Below, piece after piece: positions 17,791 to 26,008 of a DNA stretch of 40,526 bases (position 1 is the first letter of the stretch; the number at the start of each line of letters is the position of its first letter). A program made the position numbers and the translations under genes. Source of the stretch: a candidate division WOR-3 bacterium (lineage in GTDB: Bacteria > Hydrothermota > Tepidihabitantia > Tepidihabitantales > Tepidihabitantaceae); the NCBI GenBank assembly GCA_965648935.1, contig CBFGIY010000013.1, positions 1-40,526 of the forward strand, read 5' to 3'. The notes under the pieces were generated by a model, which worked only from the letters and a program-made list of their open reading frames with translations, ran no database searches and was not told the DNA's origin.

Positions 17791-17865
17791 GCAGGGCGTT
17801 TGGGTCCTGCGCAGTGGCGCAGTGAACGTGGACGCGAAAGCTGGACAAATCAGGAAGGAGCAACC

Positions 17866-18147
17866 ATGGCCAAGTACCTGCTGTGTGGTGCCATTGGGGA
17901 CGATGGGGTCCCCTGCAACAACAACCTGTTCCACGGACTCTACGAGTGCAAGAACGCCGCCTGCAGCATCGTTGATTACTCCGACGAGGACCCGGGCCTC
18001 GTCGACCCTGATGCGCTGCCCCGCAAGAAGGCCTGCCCGGGTTGCGCGACAGAGAACTCGACTTACGTCTTCGAGTGCGCTGTCTGCGGCGTGACGCACG
18101 ACTTCTCGAAGCTTAGCACCCTGAAGAAGGGATTCACACAGATATAG
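17866..18147 (+). CDS. 93-aa, 8-cysteine putative double zinc-ribbon protein
   Basis: AAGGAG SD; C-x9-C, C-x4-C, CPGC, CAVC. Confidence 0.75.
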   Translation: MAKYLLCGAIGDDGVPCNNNLFHGLYECKNAACSIVDYSDEDPGLVDPDALPRKKACPGCATENSTYVFECAVCGVTHDFSKLSTLKKGFTQI

Positions 18148-18197
18148 TCGGACAAGCGTTGCTGGCTTCCTGACCTGTCCGAAAGCTCAGCAGCAGC

Positions 18198-18229
18198 AGA
18201 GGCCCGAGGCAGCAACGCCTCGGGCCTCT
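18198..18229. terminator. Hairpin between convergent genes (possible bidirectional terminator)
   Basis: 13-bp perfect stem AGAGGCCCGAGGC/GCCTCGGGCCTCT with 6-nt loop. Confidence 0.65.
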
Positions 18230-18244
18230 CCTCTGTCCGGTTAC

Positions 18245-21200
18245 CTACTTCAGAACGGCAAGCTGTCGTGACAGACTGACCGAACCGGAGTTCAGGGTCA
18301 GCAGATATACACCCGACGGCAGCTCGCCCATGGCCAGGTCAAAGGCACCGCTGCGTCCAGCGTGCAGACTGTGGGCAAGCACCACCCGCCCGTCAGCCCC
18401 GACCAGCCGCACCTGCGCCGGGCCGGAGGCCGGCAGGGTATAGCGCACCGCCAAAGCCGCGCCATTGACGACGCGCGGGGCGACCAGGCTCGCGCCGGCA
18501 GCCTGCGCCACCGGTCTTGCTGCCACGCCATCACGCGAAGGCCGGCCCGCGACGGCTTCCTTCACCGCGCCCGGGTTGAAGTACCACAGCTCGTTGGACT
18601 TGTTGCCCTTCAGCGCATAGATGAGCCCGTTGTAGGCAAGCAGGTCTGAACCGGCCTTGACCCGCTTCTTGCGGCCGCTGGGTCCGACCGCGGGTATCGT
18701 GTCCAGCTCGGTCCAGGAATCGCCGGCGATGTCGTACTTCCAGAACTCCTGGGTGTTGGCGGCCTTGAAGGCGAAGATGGCGTCATCAGCCATCACGGCG
18801 CAGCCTTCCTTGGTCTTGCGCGACTTGGCCGTGAGCCGGCTGGCAAGCGGCATCGGCTTGAGCGGAGCCGCCTCCCAGGTATTGGTCGGGATGTCGTAGC
18901 GGTAGTGCTCGTGATACTTGGCCTTGTGGGCGTATATCTTGTAGCGGTCGTGACCGGGGTTGCGCTCGAGCGCCAGCCACGAACCGCGGTCCCACTTGGG
19001 CTTGGCCCCGGCCGGAGCATCGGCCATCGGCTCCCACGCGCCGCTCTGGATGCTGTAGCGGTAGAACTCGGTACCGACTCCCTTGAGCAGGTAGAGGTAG
19101 GTCGATTCGGGCTGGCCCTGGGGCCGGTAGTAGAGCAGATCCGAGCCGCCCTTCACCCTCTTGTTGCCCGGCCCGGGCGGCACATCGGCAAGCTTGGTCC
19201 ACTGGTCGGTCGCCGGTTCGTAGGAGTAGAACGCGGAGGTGTTGTTGCCTTTGATAGCGTAGATGATTCCGTAGTCGCCGACCGCGGCGCACGCGCCCTT
19301 GCTCGCCGGCTTGTTCTCGACACCGCGAGGCATACCGGTGAGGGTGTACCAGGAATCAACCGCCGGGTTGTAGCGGTAGAAGTCCTCGGTCTTGGTGCCC
19401 TTGGCAACATAGAACTGGTCGTTGACCTCGACCATCCACGCCCCATCCTTGCTCTGGCGGCCTGAAGGAGTCAGGGGCATCAGCCCGACCGGGGTCCAAG
19501 CGCCGGCTGTCCCGCCCGCGACCCTGAGCGTGGCGCGCAGCGTGTCATTCTGCGGCACCGGGTCTCGCGCCAGCGCCGTGTAGGCCCTGACCGCAAACGC
19601 GCCCGGTGTGGCGGTCCAGGACTCGAAGGACAGCGTATCGACCTCCCCCGGGGCCAGCGCGCCGACCTGCTGCTGAATGTGGTAGCTGGAGCCGATGCGG
19701 AACCCGACCGTGAAGTTCTGCGCGGTGCCCACCGAGCTCAGGTTCCTCACCTCGACCACCGGCGTGTAGTCTGCCCCGGGCGTCACCGTGTCGGGCGACA
19801 CCAGCGCAGTAACGGCGACGTCGGGCACGAACAGGAAGATGTCGCCCGGCACGCGCGGCTGCAGCTGGCGCCCGTCGAAATCCGACACGTTACAGACCAA
19901 CGTCGCCCAGTCAGAGGGTATCGCCGTGCCGGCGAACCCGGAGTTGGCCAGCACGTACAGGTTGATTGTGTCGGTCCCGCCGTAGTTCGTGACACGGTAC
20001 GTGCGTCCCGCGTTGAAGGTCCCGGTGCTGTCGAGCACGTCGATGGTGTCCAGCCGGACGAGCACGCCCTCGAAGGCTTCCTGTCGTGCCTGGGCGATAG
20101 TAACCGTGGTGGTCTCGAACGGCACGCCGGTCGTGTAACGCGTGATCCGGTACGGGTTGTCGAACTGGGTCAGCCCGTGGTACTCGGATATCACTCCCGC
20201 CACGGACAGCAGGTCGCCGACCCGGACGGTATCGGTTATGGTGCCGGTTCGGAACACGAACATCCCGTTCCACGGCCCGCCGGCCACGTCGCCGATGTAG
20301 AACCGGTCCTGGCGGACGATGCCGGTCACAATCCCGAGCGTGTGCACGTACCTGCCCGAGTCAGGCGTCCGGTTGCTGACCGCCGTATCGGTGAACTGGA
20401 TCTGCTGGATGCTGTGGTCGAGCGGTATCGCGTAGGCGGCCGTCGCGGTCCGGCTCATTCCGGTCGTACTCCACGCTCGGATGTGCCAGTAGACCGTCGC
20501 GCCCGTATCCTGCGGCGCGATGTGAAACAGGTATGTCGAGTCCGACGCCCGCACGCTGTCCTCGGCCGCCACGGTCCACGCCGCCGTGTCGCCGGCCGCG
20601 TACAGCAGGCGGGCCGAGTCGACCGCCACGCCCGTCTCGAAGATGCGGGCCGAAACGCCGACCGTTTCGAAACTCAGCGGCCAGGCCGGGGTCCGGTTGG
20701 GCGTGCTGATGGTCGGCCCCGCCGTGCCGACTGCGGAGTCGACAAACGTCGTGTCGCCGGCGACCACCGTCCAGGGCGCGCCGACCTGGGTGTAGTGCGG
20801 CGATGGCGTGATGTAGCTCGTCCGACCGTAGACCGAAATGGAATCGATAGTGCCGGCCCGCACCGCCATCAGGAAGTAGCCCGGGTCCGCGGGGTAGCCC
20901 TCGATGATCCTGTTGTCCTCGCTGATGCAGGACCCGACGATCGTGTCGTTGCGATAGGCCAGCACCGCATAGTTGGCCAGGAGCGGACCGCCGCTCGAAC
21001 CATAGATGTGTCCGGAAAGCCAGCCGCCGGTCCCCGACGCCGTCATGTCCATCGCCTGGACTGTGTCAACCCTCACCTGGTTGATGTTAGTTGTCGAGCC
21101 GACGCGGCGCATCGTGAGCCGTATCTCCTCCTGCTCGGGCATGGCCGACGTCGGCGCGATGCACTTCATCGCAGTCCAGACCCTGGCGGTGTCGGTCGTG

Positions 21201-21526
21201 TTCGTGACAGTCACCTGCGGGCAATTGACCCAGGCGTAGCTCTCCACGTTCCACGTGTTGGGCGTGCCGGCCGTCGCGGTAGAATCAACCCAGAAGTTGT
21301 ACCGCGCCGTGGCCGTCACGAGCTGCAGCAACCTCGGCTTGTAGTGGAACGTGCCCGGCGTCACGTCATCCCGGACGCCAATGAGCACGGCGAAAGGCAC
21401 GCCGTTCCCAGGCGTGCCCGTTGAGTACTCACCCTGGACGTAACGCGGGTACTTGAGCAACATCGGGTATGTGGCTGCCGCAAGAACTCCGGCCATCAGG
21501 ACCACGACCAAGACCGCTCTCTTCAT
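18245..21526 (-). CDS. Large secreted protein: OB-fold module, CARDB, Kelch-like propeller, C-terminal sorting-type domain
   Basis: AGGAGG SD; MKRAVLVVVLMAGVLAA; I.QIQ...GIVTG...GD...V.G.ISEYHGLTQ OB pattern; Y..KG..T..FY.Y....W blades; LPSGVYLL C-terminus. Confidence 0.8.
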   Translation of the reverse strand: MKRAVLVVVLMAGVLAAATYPMLLKYPRYVQGEYSTGTPGNGVPFAVLIGVRDDVTPGTFHYKPRLLQLVTATARYNFWVDSTATAGTPNTWNVESYAWVNCPQVTVTNTTDTARVWTAMKCIAPTSAMPEQEEIRLTMRRVGSTTNINQVRVDTVQAMDMTASGTGGWLSGHIYGSSGGPLLANYAVLAYRNDTIVGSCISEDNRIIEGYPADPGYFLMAVRAGTIDSISVYGRTSYITPSPHYTQVGAPWTVVAGDTTFVDSAVGTAGPTISTPNRTPAWPLSFETVGVSARIFETGVAVDSARLLYAAGDTAAWTVAAEDSVRASDSTYLFHIAPQDTGATVYWHIRAWSTTGMSRTATAAYAIPLDHSIQQIQFTDTAVSNRTPDSGRYVHTLGIVTGIVRQDRFYIGDVAGGPWNGMFVFRTGTITDTVRVGDLLSVAGVISEYHGLTQFDNPYRITRYTTGVPFETTTVTIAQARQEAFEGVLVRLDTIDVLDSTGTFNAGRTYRVTNYGGTDTINLYVLANSGFAGTAIPSDWATLVCNVSDFDGRQLQPRVPGDIFLFVPDVAVTALVSPDTVTPGADYTPVVEVRNLSSVGTAQNFTVGFRIGSSYHIQQQVGALAPGEVDTLSFESWTATPGAFAVRAYTALARDPVPQNDTLRATLRVAGGTAGAWTPVGLMPLTPSGRQSKDGAWMVEVNDQFYVAKGTKTEDFYRYNPAVDSWYTLTGMPRGVENKPASKGACAAVGDYGIIYAIKGNNTSAFYSYEPATDQWTKLADVPPGPGNKRVKGGSDLLYYRPQGQPESTYLYLLKGVGTEFYRYSIQSGAWEPMADAPAGAKPKWDRGSWLALERNPGHDRYKIYAHKAKYHEHYRYDIPTNTWEAAPLKPMPLASRLTAKSRKTKEGCAVMADDAIFAFKAANTQEFWKYDIAGDSWTELDTIPAVGPSGRKKRVKAGSDLLAYNGLIYALKGNKSNELWYFNPGAVKEAVAGRPSRDGVAARPVAQAAGASLVAPRVVNGAALAVRYTLPASGPAQVRLVGADGRVVLAHSLHAGRSGAFDLAMGELPSGVYLLTLNSGSVSLSRQLAVLK

Positions 21527-21658
21527 CTCTGCCTCCTGAGTTCGATCAAACCTGCCTGCATTGCGCGCTATCACTCGATAGCACCTGCCCAGACTCTGGT
21601 TGCGCGCGTTAGGGCGGAATAAAGCCGAAGTCAGAGCGCGAACGCCTCTGTCTTCTGC

Positions 21659-21701
21659 CAGCGCCTGCGTACTAGGTTAGGCAGGCGCTGTCTGTTGTCA
21701 A
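21659..21701 (-). promoter_or_regulatory. Promoter with a 10-bp inverted repeat flanking the -10 element
   Basis: TTGACA(21701-21696), 16 bp, TAACCT(21679-21674); CAGCGCCTGC(21659-21668)/GCAGGCGCTG(21681-21690). Confidence 0.6.
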
Positions 21702-22068
21702 CTCGCTGTCCGACCGGCACTTCGACCCGTACGGCCGAGCCTCTGCTCTGTCGCCGCTTCTCGGCCCGGGCTTCGGCCTGACCAATCTGTTTGATGACGG
21801 GCATGCTGAGCCGGCGCGCAGGTTCCAGGATGTCCCTCTGACCGTCTGCAGCAGAGACGGCCGGCATCCACTCGACGATGGTGCCCGGTCTCGAAAACTG
21901 ACTCGAACCCGCGCTCGGACCGGGTGTTGCGCCATCCGTGGCCATCTGAGACGGCCAGCGCCTCGGCGGGCGAACAAACCCCGGGGTCACTCCCCCGGCC
22001 ATGAACGCCATCCGACCCGGAAAAGCGCCAGAACCGGTTCTCACCGGGATCTGTCCGGAACCGGGCTC

Positions 22069-22623
22069 TCAGTGGGCTATGCCGGCGAAGTAGCTGGCGA
22101 TGGCCGCGTCGTACTCGGCGACAATGCGAAATGCCTCGGCTGCGAGGCGCAGCCTGAGGTTCTCGTCCAAACCGCGGCCCGAATCGAGCGCGGCCGCGAC
22201 CTCGGCGTAGTGCCGAGCGTGGGGCACGACCGTCACGTAACGGTGATTCTTGGCTGCGGCGCGCAAGAGCGTGATGCCGCCGATATCGATAAGCTCGACC
22301 AGCTCGTCGTGTGTCGCGCCGCGCGCCAGGCCATCCTGAAAGGGATAGAGATTGCACACGACAACGTCAATCGGCTCGACCGTGCTGTCCTGGCGCGTGG
22401 TCAGGATACCGCCGGCGATCCTCGGGTGAAGCGTCTTGACCCGGCCGCCCAGTATCTCAGGCGACCCGGTGTAATCGCTGATTTCCGTGACCGGCATGCC
22501 CGCATCGCGAATCGCCTGCGCGGTCTTCGATGTCGAGAGCATCTCAAAACCGGCCCGGTGCAGCGCCCCGGCCAGCTCGACGATGCCGGTCTTGTCCCAG
22601 ACCGATATGACCGCGCGCCGCAC
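22069..22623 (-). CDS. Stand-alone IMP cyclohydrolase (N-terminal MGS-like domain of PurH only)
   Basis: RAVISVWDKTG, YTGSPEILGGRVKTLHP, VVCNLYPF, IDIGGITLLRAAAKN, YDAAIASYF; stops before the AICAR transformylase domain. Confidence 0.88.
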   Translation of the reverse strand: MRRAVISVWDKTGIVELAGALHRAGFEMLSTSKTAQAIRDAGMPVTEISDYTGSPEILGGRVKTLHPRIAGGILTTRQDSTVEPIDVVVCNLYPFQDGLARGATHDELVELIDIGGITLLRAAAKNHRYVTVVPHARHYAEVAAALDSGRGLDENLRLRLAAEAFRIVAEYDAAIASYFAGIAH

Positions 22624-22625
22624 GA

Positions 22626-23837
22626 CTACGCTCCGAACTTCTTGAGCTTCAGCGCGTGAGCCAGGAGCAGGCCCATGAGCTGCCTGGAGTACATCCGGCC
22701 GACCGAGCCGCGCAGGCACACCCGCTCGCCGAAGTTCTCGACATCAACCTGCGGCCGGCAGTAACGCGAATGAAGCAGCACCGGCACCGGATGCCAGGAG
22801 TGCCCGGCGAGAGTTGCCGGGGTCGAGTGGTCGCCGGTTATGCAGAGCACGTCGAAGCTCATCTCGACAAGCCGCGGCACCACTTCCTCGTCGAAACGCT
22901 CGAGCAGCTCCTGCTTCACCTCGAAACTGCCGTCCTCCCCTGCCCGGTCGGTCTCCTTGAAATGCAGGAAGACGAAATCGTGCTCGTCACGGCAGGCAGC
23001 GACCGCGGCCAGTTCATCTTCCCAGGTCGGGCCGCAGGTGATGATGTCCATTCCAACAAGCCGGGCCAGGCCGCGGTACATCGGGTAGGCCGCGACGCAG
23101 GCCGGCTTCAGGCGAAAACGCGCGGCCAGAGTCGGTATCGCCGGAGGCAGGGCCAGCCCGCGCAACAGCACGCCGTTGGCGCGCTCGCGCCGCCCCAGAA
23201 CCTCGGCGCAGCGCTCAAGGAACCGGTTCACGACCGCAGCCGAGCGCGCTGCCGCCGCGTCCGATGAGTCATCCGGGACAACGGTCAGCGGCTTCAGTCC
23301 CTCGTGCTGCGGGTCCGAATCGCTCAATCCGCCGGCCAGGCCCTCGCCCCGGAACACCACGACGAACCGGTGCTCCTTGCCCGGCCGGATGATGACCTCG
23401 GCGCCATCCACCTCCCCCACTGCCGCCTGGAGCTCGCGGCACAACTCCTCGCAGAGCTGCGTCGGGATCCGGCCCGCGCGACGGTCGACGACCAGACCTT
23501 CGGCCGACAGCGTGCAGAAGTTCGCTCGCGCGCACAGGTCCCCGGGACGCACTGCGATGTCCGTGCCCAGCGCTTCGAGCACGCCGCGTCCGACCTGGTA
23601 CTGCACCGGGTCATAGCCGAACAGGGCCAGGTGCGCCGGGCCCGAACCAGGCGTGACGCCAGGCTCGACCGGAACCAGCAACCCGAGCCCGGAGCGCGAT
23701 GCCAGCCGGTCGAGGTTCGGCACCCATGCCGCTTCCAGCTCAGTCCGATCGCCCTTGGGCAGCCCGCCCAGCCCGTCGAGCACAACCAGCAGTATCTTGT
23801 GCTCGTTGGCGACGGCCAAGCTGTCAATGAGACTCAC
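22626..23837 (-). CDS. apgM: 2,3-bisphosphoglycerate-independent phosphoglycerate mutase, ApgM type
   Basis: LDGLGG, TELEAA..PNLD, PGSGPAHLALFGYDP, GRGVLEALG, DRRAGRI, YPMYRGLA, TGDHSTP, HSWHPVP. Confidence 0.88.
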   Translation of the reverse strand: MSLIDSLAVANEHKILLVVLDGLGGLPKGDRTELEAAWVPNLDRLASRSGLGLLVPVEPGVTPGSGPAHLALFGYDPVQYQVGRGVLEALGTDIAVRPGDLCARANFCTLSAEGLVVDRRAGRIPTQLCEELCRELQAAVGEVDGAEVIIRPGKEHRFVVVFRGEGLAGGLSDSDPQHEGLKPLTVVPDDSSDAAAARSAAVVNRFLERCAEVLGRRERANGVLLRGLALPPAIPTLAARFRLKPACVAAYPMYRGLARLVGMDIITCGPTWEDELAAVAACRDEHDFVFLHFKETDRAGEDGSFEVKQELLERFDEEVVPRLVEMSFDVLCITGDHSTPATLAGHSWHPVPVLLHSRYCRPQVDVENFGERVCLRGSVGRMYSRQLMGLLLAHALKLKKFGA

Positions 23838-23844
23838 TGGGGCA

Positions 23845-23872
23845 ATCATACCACGGTCGAGATTTGTGTCAA
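23845..23872 (-). promoter_or_regulatory. Promoter for leaderless apgM-IMP cyclohydrolase operon
   Basis: TTGACA(23872-23867), 16 bp, TATGAT(23850-23845) with TG extension; GTG 7 nt downstream. Confidence 0.75.
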
Positions 23873-23882
23873 TGGGTTGCGC

Positions 23883-24605
23883 CTAACGGATGCGGACCGC
23901 CCTGTCCACGGCGAAAGTGTCGCCGCTGAATGTGCCCCGGAAGCGCAGGACATACCAGCCCAGGGGCATCGGCCTGCCGCCCAGATTCCAGCCGTTCGAG
24001 AAGTAGGTCGTGTCGGCCGTCTTCCAGCCCGGCGCTGACGCGTCCGGGAATGTGCCGACCCCCGGCACCAGCACGGCAAGACTCGCCAGCAGGAGGTCGT
24101 GATTCAACCTGTAAGAGAAATCAACGCGCGTCCCGCTGGAATCGCGCGCGCCCTCGACCGCCGGCTCCACTCTCAGGAAACGGTGCATCAGGATGTCGGG
24201 CACTCTGACGAGTGTCCAGTCGTCCCAGACATAGAACGGCTCGGCGCTGTCGCGCCGCTCGTACATGCCGCCGTGGACCCCGACCAGGTCGCCGTCGGAA
24301 ACCCGGCCGTCACGGTCGTTGTCCTTGTGCGCCAGCACGTAGAAGTACCCCTCCGGTATGTCGGGCACGCTGAACCGCGCGCGGTAAGCGAACCGCGAGG
24401 TTTCGGCCCACGCCGAGTAGCGCGCCGGGCCGTCAAAGCCCGTGGTATCGAAGAAGCGAACCTCGGTGCCGCGCACATCGCCGGTCTCCCCTTCGGCGAG
24501 CACCACGTAGCCGTCAACCTCGGTCGGGCCAGTGTACTTGCAGCCGATCGCAAGCAGGCACGCCGCGGCCAGGACTGCCAGGCTAGTTCTGCGCCGCACC
24601 GACAA
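23883..24605 (-). CDS. Lipoprotein, paralog of 16983..17696
   Basis: Lipobox LAIGC; PEGYFYVLAHKDNDRDGRVSDGDLVGVHGG; GWNLGGRPMP. Confidence 0.78.
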   Translation of the reverse strand: MSVRRRTSLAVLAAACLLAIGCKYTGPTEVDGYVVLAEGETGDVRGTEVRFFDTTGFDGPARYSAWAETSRFAYRARFSVPDIPEGYFYVLAHKDNDRDGRVSDGDLVGVHGGMYERRDSAEPFYVWDDWTLVRVPDILMHRFLRVEPAVEGARDSSGTRVDFSYRLNHDLLLASLAVLVPGVGTFPDASAPGWKTADTTYFSNGWNLGGRPMPLGWYVLRFRGTFSGDTFAVDRAVRIR

Positions 24606-25368
24606 GGCTCCTCAGCGCCGCACCGAGGGCATCGCGCTGCCTCTGCAGCGCCCGCTGCTTCAGCTCGGACCGGCGCAGGTAGCTGTTGGCGACATTGGCC
24701 TTGACTTCACTCTCCGCTCTGTCGCCGGCGGCCAGCGCCTCCAGGCTGGCAAGCGTCGCCTGAAGATAACCGAGGTGCAGCGCCGCGTCCTCGGCAAGTT
24801 CGCGCGCATAGGCCCCGGCCGCTGACCCAAAAGCCTTGATGCGGAACCCGCTGCCGGGCGGCGCCGCCGAGGCCATAGCCGCGAAAGCTGCAAGATCCGG
24901 ATCCAGGCTCCGCAGGGCCGCGGCCGAGCTCTCGCCCAGACCGACCGCGCGGCGTGCATCGAGCAACTGGTCGGCCATCCGACCGGTGTCGGCTACCGCA
25001 GCCAGCAGAAGTCGGGCCCTGGTCCAGCGTTCGGCAGCAACCGCAGCGGTGGATTCGATCCTGCCGTGCAGCCGGACGGCCGCGTCAACCGGCGTCTCTC
25101 TGGCCGGCTTCCGGGCCGCGCTGTCTTGAGTAACCGTGGTCGCCGAGGACCATACCGTCGTATCGGCCGAGCCGGTTTCGAGAGGGATACGAGGCGGCGG
25201 GACCTGCCATGTCAGCACCAAGAGGAACGCCGCGGCCACCAGCGCGCCGGTACCCAACATCACCCACAAGCGGAACCGAGCCAGCCGCCGGGCAAGGCGA
25301 GCCTGCCGGTCGTCCGGCTTCTGACCGTCCGGGCAAGGGGTGGTGCCGCTGTTCTCGCGCTCGGGCAT
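24583..25368 (-). CDS. Hypothetical membrane-anchored helical protein
   Basis: One TM segment (LWVMLGTGALVAAAFLLVLTW), then Ala-rich helical region; ATG 8 nt after a -10 element. Confidence 0.6.
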   Translation of the reverse strand: MPERENSGTTPCPDGQKPDDRQARLARRLARFRLWVMLGTGALVAAAFLLVLTWQVPPPRIPLETGSADTTVWSSATTVTQDSAARKPARETPVDAAVRLHGRIESTAAVAAERWTRARLLLAAVADTGRMADQLLDARRAVGLGESSAAALRSLDPDLAAFAAMASAAPPGSGFRIKAFGSAAGAYARELAEDAALHLGYLQATLASLEALAAGDRAESEVKANVANSYLRRSELKQRALQRQRDALGAALRSLVGAAQN

Positions 25369-25376
25369 TACGAGAT

Positions 25377-25442
25377 ACGATATTGCGGTGCGCTGCGCTG
25401 TCAACACCTCCGCCTTGACATGGCGATCCGGCGCGCTATCTT
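25377..25442. promoter_or_regulatory. Back-to-back divergent promoters, both apparently leaderless
   Basis: Minus: TTGACA(25404-25399), 16 bp, TATCGT(25382-25377). Plus: TTGACA(25415-25420), 16 bp, TATCTT(25437-25442). Confidence 0.7.
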
Positions 25443-25448
25443 CGACCG

Positions 25449-26006
25449 ATGAGACTCAAACCAACAAGAATCGCTATCCTGCTGCTTTTTTCGGCGGTTG
25501 CGGCTCAGGCGCAACTCAGCCTCGCAATGCTCAAACCCTTTCAATCATCCCCGGTTGCCGTCGGCGCCCGGCTCAACGCGGGCTGGCTTTTGCCCAATGC
25601 CAAACCCGCTTTCAGCCTCACCGGTGAAGCGCTCTTTCCGGTCTTCAGCGGTGTCAGAGTTCGCGCCTCGGTCATCGACGCGGTTGTCGGCTGGGACGGC
25701 GCAACGCTCGGTCTGGACACCGTCTACGTCAACACCAACCTGTCGCTTGACGCAATGGCGTCCACCCGGCTCGGCCGCACCCGGTTCTGGCCCTATGCCT
25801 GGCTCGGGCCTGAACTCGGCGGCAAGCTCAGCAACCTGCGTATCGGGCTCAGGGCCGGCCTCGGTATGGAGGGACAGATCGCGAAGGGAACCGCGGCATT
25901 CGCCGAACTCGGGGCCGGCTATGGCCAGCCGGTGTCAGGCCAGGGCAGCGCCACCCTGCGCGTCCGGCTCGGCGCCGGGGTCCGGCTCGGCAAGTTCGCA
26001 CGCTGA
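25449..26006 (+). CDS. Putative small outer-membrane beta-barrel protein
   Basis: Signal peptide ending AQA; alternating amphipathic strands, PYAWLG, AFAELGAGY, LGAGVRL. Confidence 0.65.
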   Translation: MRLKPTRIAILLLFSAVAAQAQLSLAMLKPFQSSPVAVGARLNAGWLLPNAKPAFSLTGEALFPVFSGVRVRASVIDAVVGWDGATLGLDTVYVNTNLSLDAMASTRLGRTRFWPYAWLGPELGGKLSNLRIGLRAGLGMEGQIAKGTAAFAELGAGYGQPVSGQGSATLRVRLGAGVRLGKFAR

Positions 26007-26008
26007 CC

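Noticed and set aside
16900..17865. c-di-GMP-I riboswitch in either leader (GGCAAA at ~16929; GGACGCGAAAGC at ~17830)
   Set aside because: Each leader has only a fragment of the consensus and lacks the two-hairpin architecture.
21631..22071. TGA read-through or selenocysteine extension of the IMP cyclohydrolase (frame stays open 145 codons, hairpin after TGA)
   Set aside because: The extension resembles neither AICAR transformylase nor a selenoprotein, the TGA falls at the natural domain end, and open frames of this length are common at this GC content.
22626..23837. ApgM metal-ligand change (DRAGEDG instead of D..GHDG) as inactivation
   Set aside because: To my knowledge this Glu variant is common in a bacterial ApgM subgroup, and the other catalytic motifs are intact.
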